A stretch of 64,000 nt of DNA from Nageia nagi (lineage: Eukaryota; Plantae; Pinophyta), in contig JBITNC010000002.1 of assembly GCA_050084985.1 (NCBI GenBank), forward strand, positions 2,976,001 through 3,040,000, given 5' to 3'. Below, in pieces: positions 26,685-37,600 of this stretch. The notes under the pieces are model-generated. The model was given only the letters and a program-made list of their open reading frames with translations, ran no database searches and was not told the DNA's origin. The stretch's first letter is position 1; every line of letters starts with the position of its first letter. Made by a program: the position numbers and the translations under genes.

Positions 26685-28136
26685 TGTAACATCCCCTTTT
26701 GAAAAAAAATAAGTAAATTTGGTATGCTAGGTGTTCCCTTTGTAAATATTTTGTTTTTGCATTATTAGTGACTTGGGATAGAAAAGTAATGGTCCATTGG
26801 ACCCACAATGTGATCCCCAAAGAGGGACGGTTTCCTCCTAAGCTTAGGATGAGTTATTTTATTATTATTTATATACTTGGAGATCCTAAAGATTGATTGT
26901 GGGAATCCCAAGTCTTGCATGACACCTAGGATGACACATTAGCATGGATAGTCACTTATAATACCAACATTGGACTTGGGGAGCATTATTATACTTGTAC
27001 ATTTGTGCCACCCTTGAGGAGACTCCTAAACCATCACATTGGCCCTTGAGGACATCGATACGGCACCCACATTGGGCATGTATGACCCATAGACACCCAC
27101 TTTGGGCATGTATGATCCCTAGACATCCACGTTGGGCATGTATGACCTCTAAACACCCACATTGGGCATGCATGACTCCTAGACACCCACAATGGGCATG
27201 CATGACCCCTAGACGCCCACATTGGGCATGTATGACTCCTAGACACCCATGTTGGGCATGTACGACCCCTAGATGCCCACATTGGGCATGTATGAATCCT
27301 AGACACCCATGTTGTACATTTGGAGGATGAGTGATGACTTCTAGGTGAGATCCAAATGTGAAAAATGTTATATAAGGCATTGGAGCATCATTGCAGACAT
27401 ATGTTGATTTTGATATAGAAACCCCTTCTCTTCAGAGTTACCAAAGACTTGGCAACGTTAAGCACCCTTGTACGTGTAGACTAGGGAGAGTCGAAGAGGC
27501 TTGGAACATCTTTTGACTAGCGGTTGAGGTGATTGTTCGTGCTACGAGGTTGCCCTACCCTAAGGCATCCATAGCAACCAATATCTTTGAATCCATCTAG
27601 TGACATTCCAAAATTGCACTTGTTCTCTTCATCGGGAGTTATCCTACGAAGAAGCCCTTCAATGAGGTGTCCACAGATTTCGTAGAGTGTGATTGTTCTG
27701 TAACATATCTGCATTAGTTATTCAATTTGCACATTGGTGTGCCCTAGTTGGCTCCTTGGAGTCCAATGTTGAGCCCTTGAGGGCTTGGTATTGCTTTGTA
27801 CTTATTATTTCTCCATTAATTGAGCCTTGGCGTGTTTGATCTCCATTTCTTGTCTCATTGTGGTGTGCGTTTGATAATATCTTGTTTCTCTTGGTGTGAC
27901 ATCATGTTTTGGGGATTATTTATGATGCCTTTTGCATGATTTGTGGATGCCTTAGTGCAATGTTGAGCATTTGAGGTATTTTCTAGCTAAGGAAGTGCAA
28001 TGTTGGCATTTCTGGCATATTGTGTTACTTGTTTGATGCCCTAAATTAGTTCATGGCATGCCTACGATCATAATTTGATATTCATTATTTATTGTTTGGC
28101 TAATATTTGTGTTTTAGAATTATTTGGGATTTTACA
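26685..28136 (+). mobile_element. Solo LTR (family B, Gypsy)
   Basis: TGTAACATCCCC...GGGATTTTACA with TSD TATTT on both sides. It is a reverse-complement homologue of the LTRs at 47381-48520, 48643-49903 and 52729-54086. Confidence 0.93.
27061..27314. repeat. 30-bp minisatellite (8 full units plus a partial) inside the solo LTR
   Basis: Consensus agacacccacattgggcatgtatgacccct; units start every 30 bp from 27061. Confidence 0.97.
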
Positions 28137-29029
28137 TATTTCAAAATAACTCAAATGATATCTCCTAATTTAGCATTATGTTGTGGTCATATCGATGTAG
28201 GTAATTAGGAATAACACCTAAGTGGTTTCAAAATTGTATTGTCTATATAAAGCAAAAGAAAAGGACTCATTTGATATATCAAAGTATCTTGAAATGAGGC
28301 ACCTCAAAATCACTTTGGCATGCTCTAACACTAATATCTTTTGCAAGATTGATCATATTCTTCCAAGCTTTTCTTTAAGTTGATTTTCCATGTAGTATTT
28401 CACTAAGTAGGTGTCGAAACTGGATAACATCCTATAAGAAGCATCAATCAAAGGTCATGCATTTCAAAAAATTACGAAGCTTAGGCATCCCAAAACATAA
28501 GATGAACTTGCAAAATTTCAATTGCAAGACTAGTTTGGGATTAATTTGGGTAGGTCAAATCGTCCACATTCTAGACCAAACATTTCAAAATGTGGTCATT
28601 TTGGGACCATCCTAGAACACAAGCAATTTAACCCTTAGCCAGATTTATCCCAAACCAATATTGGAGTTGAATCCAACCTAATACAATGCAAAATCATCCA
28701 TTCGCTTTAGGATGTCAAGATTCATCCTCCAAGATCACAAGTTGTTTGTTTTCCTTCAATCTGCAAACTCTAGACAAATCTTCTTTATTTCTTGTCTTGT
28801 AAATTTCGCATTATCTTAATTGCTATATATATAAACATAAATAAGTTATACATATAGTAATACATCATTTTTTATTTTGTACCTAAAAGATGCAATATGT
28901 GATGCCATTGCATTATAATTAGTTTTCTTCTATCCTTATAGAATACCTCTAGATATAAAATCCAAAGCAATAAAATTGTTGAGCATGTAAGACCAAAGTT
29001 AACTTTTAGTTTTCAGTTTATTTGATATG

Positions 29030-29135
29030 CTCAATTTACTTCTTATAAATCAAGCATATTCTAGAATATTTTTAATGCAACACTCAATTTACTTCTTATA
29101 AATCAAGCATATTCTAGAATATTTTTAATGCAACA
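29030..29135. repeat. Perfect tandem duplication, 2 x 53 bp
   Basis: ctcaatttacttcttataaatcaagcatattctagaatatttttaatgcaaca is repeated exactly (starts 29030 and 29083). Confidence 0.97.
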
Positions 29136-29422
29136 CTTATTGTAAAACAAGTGTTTTAAAAAAACATTCCCAATCCTTCAATACTATTGGTTGCTGGAAA
29201 GCTGTTAAGTAAAAAATATAAAAGGAATTGTCATAGTTCTCTCACTTCACTATTATATATGCTAGTTGGCTTTTTTATTCTTACTAATTACATTACATGT
29301 CACTGTCTAGGTCACTACATGCAAAACAAACAATTTCAGTATACCCCTTGTGAGACAAATTACTCTTCCCAAAATGTTTCACCTTTGCACAACTGTTTTT
29401 GTTGTATTGTATTTGATGTCTA

Positions 29423-30535
29423 TGTAATGTCTGCATTTTTATGTTTAACATGGTACAAAGTTGTGGTGTGATGTGAAAGTATTCGTGTATGGATTTAGAC
29501 AAATAAAAATAAAAGAAAATAATAAAAAAGGGAAAAATAAGGGGTAATGTTCCATTAGGAAAATATTGATGTTATCTTATAATGTTGTAGCGGTCCAGTA
29601 ATAAAAAATAATAAAATGCCATCTTAATAAAAAATTAGAAGGTTTGGCTGTATAAGGAGTAGTAGGGGATCATTTGTGATATCTGGGATTATTCTTTTAG
29701 ACTTCTCAACTTGTATTTGGCTCTATAGCTAATACAACACTCATAAAACCTTCTACAGAGAGATCTTCTGCCCTACAAAAAACCTCTGAATCTAGAGATG
29801 AAAACTAGAAACTCTCCATCTGGGGTAAACCTCTCTAGGGTTTACAATTGAGCTTTATTGATCAAATTGGAAGAGTATTCAACCATTCAGGCAGACGTCA
29901 GCACATTGGATCTTGAGGATATTTTCAGTATTTGGCACATTTGTGGGCTTGTAAACTTGGACGTCCCTTTTAGGGAGGGAGTTTTTTTTGCATCCTTAAT
30001 CACATTGTTCAGCTTGGGAGCAAGATGCCCCACTCTTCTGAGCACATTTGAGGACTTTTGATTAAATCTAATCAAGTTATTCAGCATTTGGAGTGAACCA
30101 GGACCTGCTCTAGGCTGACGTCCTCTACTAGGAGGGATTTCAGAGCTAATGTGGGCAATTGAATGCTGATGTCAACCTGACCACGGAGAATTCAGCTGCT
30201 AGAAGCCATTTTTACACCAGCGCCAGCCATTTAGAGGGGATTTGCAGCAATTTTGGGCCTGTTCTTCATCAGCAGATTTATCTTGCACCTTAGAGGCTCA
30301 TTCAGTCATGTATTGATTGATTTGCGAGTTAAATTATTGACTGTATTTGTCCTTTATCTCAGATCAATAAAATCAGTGTTCTTGGTGCAAATTTATTGTG
30401 TTTACCATTTAAATTCAATAATCATTGTGATAGATAAATATATCTGATGGTTATTTAATTGATTTACACATTATTGCAAAAAAATTGAGTATCTTGTTAG
30501 CTAGGGTTTGTAAAAACCAAGTTCAGAACATTACA
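29423..30535 (+). mobile_element. Solo LTR
   Basis: TGTAATGT...ACATTACA terminal inverted repeat with TSD GTCTA at 29418-29422 and 30536-30540. Orientation is inferred from a TATA-like tataag near 29651. Confidence 0.9.
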
Positions 30536-31825
30536 GTCTAGTTGATGATGAGAAAAAGTTTTTTTTGGTGAGTTGAACATGGAACATGCATTTTATGATT
30601 TATTGTATGAATAGTGATTACCACTGAAAACAGAACAAACTTGGTGGATTGAATGCTCATGTTCTTCTAGTTATAACTTTGCATATGAAGAAAGCAGTCC
30701 TCAAAGTCATAACATTACCTTGGGATATTACAAGTGTAGTGAAAAATCATAAGGATAGGAATAAAAACCAGTAATTGCACACCCTATTTTTACACATTTC
30801 CAAGGCCACTTGGTGCCACATCAGGTCATGAAAGTTGAGCTATAACTTGTCAATTATGTTACCACTATATTTGATATCATTCCTAGCAGATCGCAATGGT
30901 TAAGGTACAACATGTCAACTACGTTACCATGCTGTATATTTTGTTTCATCAGATCAGATTACAGTACATGAGGTTTTTGACACTAGTTGTTTTTCAATAG
31001 CATAAATTTATATGTAAAAACAGTTGAACTGTTAATTGTGACATATAACCTCCACTAATTATGCATAATATAGAAGCATTATACAACATCCAGATGTTTT
31101 TGTGGGGTCATGAAAATCTATCTATAAGTAGAATAACATATTTTTTTTACAATAATATTTGATGAAATGAATGAATAAAGTAATTTATATTCAATTCATT
31201 GGAAGTTTTGTTGAGAAAACATAGGTTTAAAGTGTTCAAGTCTTTGGTTGAATCACATCAACTACCATGGAAACTATTGGACCATGAACAAGTTTTGGTT
31301 CATGGCCCACTAGCCCATGTTTTAATTTTTATTCGAGGGGCAATCGCTATGCTTCGTTGTTCAACCATAGCTTATTGGAGAATCCTTCATTCATAAATAT
31401 CAATTTAATTGAATGAATAGCAGCATTTATGATTCTTGATATGAAACATTTTTTTTGTTTTGTGTCAGTTATAATCCTTGATGCATGGGATCATTTTTGC
31501 ATTGCCAAAAGTTAGACACCAAGTGGCCATTGTCACTATGCATGAGTGTTGCTATCTAGGGATGCTAACTGTCCTGAAAGGAAATTTCATATTTATTTCC
31601 ATTATGAGAACAGTTCACCATTACCTATCACATTTGGCTCTATCACTAATGCATAGTGTTGGTTCCTGTGCCCCTTGCACATAAATTATGTTGGATCTTT
31701 CTACAAATCTCATCTCTATACTATGTTTATTTCTCATCCCAACATTCAATAAGATGATTTTCATGCTGAAATTTTTATGGATGATGAACTATTAAACTTA
31801 CAAGACATGATACGGGTTTCCAATT

Positions 31826-32680
31826 TGTAACATTCCTTTTTGGGCATTCTTTTTACACTGGAAACTTTGGAGATGATATGGCCTATTTAGAGTTATTTGG
31901 CATCTAGAGGGAGATTTGGGAGTTGGAGCTTCTCATGAGGTTCGTGGGGCCCATGAGGGGGTTCGGAGTCATGTGGAGAGCCATCCAGCTATGCACACCT
32001 GAAGTGCTCCACTTATTTGCATTGATGTGAAGGGATGTGTGAATTAGTTAATTAATTTAGGAGTATTTTATTGTTCTTGAGAGTGATTTCTATATTTTAA
32101 TAAGTAATTGAGGCTTAATCAACAATTGTGAGCTCCGAAAGACAATTAATCCTTTCTTCCCTTTTTGTAGACGAAAACCCGCAATGAAGAGGTTTCTTAG
32201 GGAAGAAAACACTCAAGGAGCTTTAGTGAACCAAGGACAAAAACTCGTGTTCATAGGAGTGAATCCCTCACAAGATTTACGGGGTGCTCTAGAGCTATTG
32301 AATTCTAGTTCAGATTCCAGATCCAACCCTTTGAGACCTTGAGAGAGGTTCGACCATCTTGTTGGAGTGGTGCATCTAGTCTTGGAGGCCATTTTGCATT
32401 GTTTCTAGCTTTTCTAAGTGTGGCGACCTGTTGAGGAATGCAAATCCCGTTGGTGAGAGCTTGTAGTAGTTCGTCCAGCCTTAGGGCATTTTTGGAGGAT
32501 GTACTTGCTAGATCTGGTCTTGTGAGCCAAACGTCTAACCCTTTGGGCCATTGTACTAAGTTGTGCATTTTGAGCTGCATTAATTTCAGATCTGATTTAC
32601 TATTTGGCTCAAATATGTTTTGTTATGATTTGGAATCGAGTATTTTGAGTAAATATTTTTGCTAAAAAAAGAATGTTACA
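31826..32680. mobile_element. Solo LTR just downstream of the aldehyde oxidase stop codon
   Basis: TGTAACATTC...GAATGTTACA is a perfect 10-bp terminal inverted repeat. TSD CAATT at 31821-31825 and 32681-32685. Confidence 0.93.
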
Positions 32681-32841
32681 CAATTACAATGAAGATATAT
32701 AGTGAAATTAATAGCTATGCCTTCAGAAATGGATAGAGGCCTTTCAATACATTATACTAAATGATGTTCATGTTTTCCATGTATCTGTATGTTTTCATAA
32801 TTATGCAGTAGGCTGTTAAACAAGGTTTAAGAATTAATACA

Positions 32842-33050
32842 TCATTGTTTAGTAGAGGCACTCAAGCTCTTCAAATAGTGTTCAACATTATCAAGGCCGC
32901 ATAGAGACTTTATGACATCCATGGTAGCAGGGCAGTCCATTCTGAAGTGTTCATTCTCATTTGTTGGAAGCTCTTTGCGAGCTACTCTTATAGCCCCTCT
33001 TATCGCACAGTGGACAGATGTTGCCAGAATCAAAGGTGGTTCACCAGACG
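32842..33050 (-). CDS. AAO: Aldehyde oxidase (abscisic-/indole-3-acetaldehyde oxidase family), last coding exon
   Basis: After the AG acceptor (33051-33052) it reads (A)SGEPPLILATSVHCAIRGAIRVARKEL...PATMDVIKSLCGLDNVEHYL..stop. This is the plant aldehyde oxidase C-terminus, with the conserved GEPP glutamate. Confidence 0.93.
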
Positions 33051-33170
33051 CTGTACCATACCATACATGCATAAAATACTTATATTAGATAAATATAAGC
33101 ATTTGAACAAAAGACTCCTGTTATAATTTAGAAATGACAAGTGTGCTGAAAAAGCAGGTTTGGAAGCAAC

Positions 33171-33360
33171 CTTTTGATGAGAGAACACGTTTCTTATGCA
33201 TAGGGCTATTAAGTAGCTCAACATTAAATTTTCGAGGTATGGTGTCAATAGTAGGCACTTTGTATGTCCATGTCCCATCTGATATGACTTTTCCATTCTT
33301 GTCAACAATATGTTCCTCCATCATGAAGAGCCCAATTCCTTGCACAAAAGCACCTTCAAT
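33171..33360 (-). CDS. AAO: Aldehyde oxidase, penultimate coding exon
   Basis: AG acceptor at 33361-33362 and GT donor at 33169-33170. Encodes IEGAFVQGIGLFMMEEHIVDKNGKVISDGTWTYKVPTIDTIPRKFNVELLNSPMHKKRVLSSK. It splices in phase across a 120-bp GT-AG intron to give ...SSKASGEPP. Confidence 0.93.
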
Positions 33361-34621
33361 CTGTAGAATTGCATTTCATTTAAATATTAGATCAGTAGCA
33401 CATTTCACTCATCATCCAAATCTTTTAAATGCTGAGAACACAAGTCCAATTTAGGTAAGTTAGTGTCTACAATTGTGTTAAATAGAATTCTTGAGATTTT
33501 ATATATGGAATTGTTAGCGGAATTGTTAGCTTCTTTCTAGACATAGGGAAGAGATCCAACTGATAAAAGGTAGATACAATCAACTGTAAGTGAAGTGATT
33601 TAAGTAGTGAACAACATAATGATCTCTTAAAACACAATTTCCCTGTTTGTGACAGTAATCAAAACACTAGATGAAATTTCTTTTGTAAAATATTTTTAAT
33701 TTTAATTTATATGACTTCATTTTTCCAATTGAGCTTTTATCTGATGGCTTGTTTCTCCTTGAAAATATTATATTTAACTAGATTGACAAGGGTTGTCTCC
33801 TTAAATGCTGCTTTACAACACATATTGCACCATAAAAATTGTGAGTGCTATATTTTATATTAGTGTTATCTTATTATGATGGTCATTTAGTAATTTTAGA
33901 CAGTCATAGGTATTTTATGTAACTTTTATAATAAAATCACTTTGGTAATGTAATACTATAACTTAAGGTATGCACATTATTTTAGGGCTTAATTTTTGGG
34001 TTACGATGTTGTATTCCTATAAAGAGTTGTTTTCTCTTTTTCTTTGATAATTAATTAAGTATTTTCTCTTTAAATTTTTTCCCTTCAGCATTCTTGGTTT
34101 CTTTGTGTCTTCAGTTTTTGTAATATGGCACCAAAGCCACACTGAGGGGAAGCCAAATATGAAGCAGGTGAAGGTCTAGGGACTTCGTTGATCAATGAAA
34201 ATTGGAAAACTGCTTCTTGATACACACCGAGAAAACAAAAGGGCTTTCTATTCAGGAAAGCCATTTTTTTTTTGGGGGTGCTGCTGGTATGAAGCAAGGA
34301 GGCAACCACATGGGCTGCTACAATGAGTTGTATAGACTATTACAGTAAATCATAAGGATTGATGCTTGAAAGATCAGTTTTAACAGTTTTGGCTGTTAGA
34401 AGTCATTTAATCGCTGGGTATGCATATAAGCACATTTTTTTCAACTCGCCGCTTTTTCCTCAAAAAAATGCCCTTTTTCACAATTTTTCCAACGTTTTGT
34501 TCTCATGTATAAATATGAGAAATGCAAGAAAAAAACTCGTTTTTTTCTGGAAAAATGCCAAAACAAGCATTGCGGACATGGGAAAAAAAGGCCAGAAAAT
34601 ATGTACTTTTCATGTTTAAAT

Positions 34622-37600
34622 TATTAGAAATAAATAATACATTACTCTCCATAATACATACTTTAGGTATCTACAATAATGTAAAGGTTACTAAATAATA
34701 TTAGCCTGCATAATAGTTTAGGATATTAAATATTTAGGGCTTATGGTTAATACCGTACGGGAATGCTTCCCGCATTGTATTTAAACCCTTCTCTTCAATA
34801 ATGGAAAATCTCTCTCGTTCATTTCCAATATGGTATCAGAGCTCCATGGTGAATATCCTTGTTTTTCTATGAGTTAATTTTCTTGCTCCAAATCTGCCCT
34901 CATAATGATTGGAGATGGAAAAACAATGGAATTAAAGACTCTTGTTTTTGTTGCATCAAACTTGTCTTCTGGGATGGCTATTGCATTGAAAGCTTGAGAG
35001 AGATTTGCAAAGTAGTGCCCAACACCATTGCAAAAGGTGTAAAGTGAACAAGAGCAAAGTTTGTAGACCAGAACTGCTTGGCCGGAACAATCTGCTTGCT
35101 TTCTTTGTTCAAGAGTCTGAGTTAGAGAGTGGTGTGAAGAGATTTGCCCAACAAATCCGACCACCTCAATTGCCAACGCCCGTCTGAAGCCTCCTCCCCT
35201 CACTACTCGCAGCCTCCTTGGTGTGCTGTAGTCTCACGCAATCCACTGTTCTTGTAGAGAGAGTAGACTGTGCTTAGCGGCACCCACCCGCCTTCCGCCC
35301 ACACAAGGGAAACACCCAACCTTAGATGAAACGCAATTGCAAACTTGCTCGCATTGTGCACTCAGCATCGTCCCTCCTTAACTCCCCAGCCTGTGTGTAG
35401 CAGCCTCCTGCCCTCCTCTTCTAAACGACACTACAACCGATTATCTGTCAAACATTGACCCCAACACCCTTGTGTGGCAAACTAGCAATTATAGTGTAGC
35501 CACCCTTGTTGCAAAGTCGGGTGTTGAGACAACCAACCGTAAACGCTAAACAGGAGTCCTCCCCAGCTCTCACGGCCATCCCGCGACCTTCATTTTGGTG
35601 GTAACTAATGCGATTGTGTCAAAAAAAAAAATTGTGCATTGAGTCGAAAACTATTGAAGAATAGAGAGCACCCCGTTGGCAATATGAAATTGATCTGGTT
35701 GTACTACGTTGCCGTTCGTTACATTTAGCAAAACAATAAATGCTCACACAACCCAGTCCATCCAACATTTCCCACACCTGCAAACTTCTCCTCCCACACT
35801 CGCATTGGTCCTCCTCCTAGCCCACGTGTTGTGAGTTAAAACATACTGCCGTGCAATATAGTAAGCAAGGTGCATTGCGTGCTTACTCTACCCAACCAAT
35901 CAGGGAGAAGATTTAAAATAGTTTCTAAAGTTCATTAAAACTACAGGATTATAAATAATTGCCGAGCAATTAAATTCTTTGGAAGATTAAGAAAATATTG
36001 GAGGAGTAAAATAAATTTTGGGGGAATTATTAAATTTTTAGAGAGAGATTAAAACTTGGAGACAAACAAAAGAATTCCAAGTCACTATTTCCTTCAAGGA
36101 GAGCCCATTGGTCTAGTGGCAAAGCACAAGATTGAAAACAAAAAGCCACAAGTTCAAATACCCTCCATATTTAAAAAATCAATTTTTTAACATGTGCTTT
36201 AATTAATTTAAGTGCATGATTAAAATTGAAGGTATTAAAACTTTTTGAGCCATCTCAATTAATTAATACCTTAGAGGACCTATTTTTGAAGAAAATTGTA
36301 AAAATTTGAAAGAGGAAGATAAATTTTTTTTACACACTTTGCAAATCAGTGAACTTGAAGACTGGTGATTGAATGCAAAGTTTTGAAACTTACAAAGCAA
36401 CATGGCCCAAATAACCATAAAAATTTTATTGCCCGATTTCCAAGTGTTGAAAGGTAAGAACTATGCCTCTTGGGAGACGAAGATTCAAACAATCTTTGAG
36501 TTCGAAGAATTGTGGGATATTGTAACTGGAAAAGAAACTAGTCCAATAACAGCTGGTGAAGACCAAAACAAGTTTGATCAAAGAAGTAGGAAAGCTTGCA
36601 TGATCATTCTACTTGGCATTTCAAATGATGTACAACCTCATGTTCAAGACTCCATAATATAGCAAACGCATGGAAAATCAGATTCTACACTTGCAAGGAC
36701 AATTACACACCCTAAAACTGAAAAGTGGCGAACAAATTGAATCCTTCCTTTGTAGAGTTGTGGACCTCCATGCCTCCCTATTGGAATTACGTGAAAAGGT
36801 GAAAGATACATTCCTTGTACCCATTATCTTGAGAGCACTCCCAGAGAAATACCATACCTTTGTGATGATATTGAACATCTTGAAGCAAACACCTGACTTT
36901 GAAGAGTTAGTAAACATGTTGCAACAAGAAGAAGCTTCTCATGTGAATTCCAATGAAGAGGAACAAGCCATGGTGTTGATTCAAAGAGGCAAGAAACCTT
37001 TGCAAAAATTTCTAGCAATTCAATGATAAGAAGAAGAAGACTTGTATGACTTGTGGCAAGAAGGGCATGAATTGTAGGATTGTTGGTACAATTCTTTTGC
37101 TCAAGGCTCTTCGAGCAATAAGAATCCAAAACAAAAAGGGAAAAACCCTCAAAATCTGGGGGAGTGGAAACAAAGAAGACCGCAACAAAGACAACAACAT
37201 GGCAATGTTGTAAATGATATTGATCAAGTGATTGAAGATGTTAGCGATCTTGCTTTTGTTCATTAAGAGAACCCTTCAACCTCATCCACTTGGTATGTTG
37301 ATTCCGGTGATTCCAAGCACATGATTGTCCGAAAGGATTGGTTTGCTTCCTTGGATGATAATGCATTTTTTGGTCAAGTTTGATTGGATGATGATATATC
37401 CCATAATATCGTAGGAAAGGGTGATGTTCATGTTCAACTTGGAAATAAAAATTGTCAGATCAAAGAGGTCTTGTCTGTGCCAGGGCTCACAAAGAACCTC
37501 TTGTCAGTTAGTCAAATATTGGACAACAATATGAATGTGGAGTTTGATACTGTGAAAGTAGAAAAGGTTTGCTTCATTCATGACAAATCCAAAGAATGCT

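Noticed and set aside
26952-27380. Cys/His-rich repeat proteins on both strands
   Set aside because: These are translations of the 30-bp LTR minisatellite.
32842-33360. Xanthine dehydrogenase assignment
   Set aside because: SSKASGEPPL.LA.SVHCA and the PATM...LCGLD tail fit aldehyde oxidases. Plant XDH reads SSKAVGEPPFFLA.
34831-34842. tRNA gene
   Set aside because: Only a 12-nt primer-binding site complementary to the tRNA-iMet 3' end. The same applies to 11297, 22471, 47366 and 52716.
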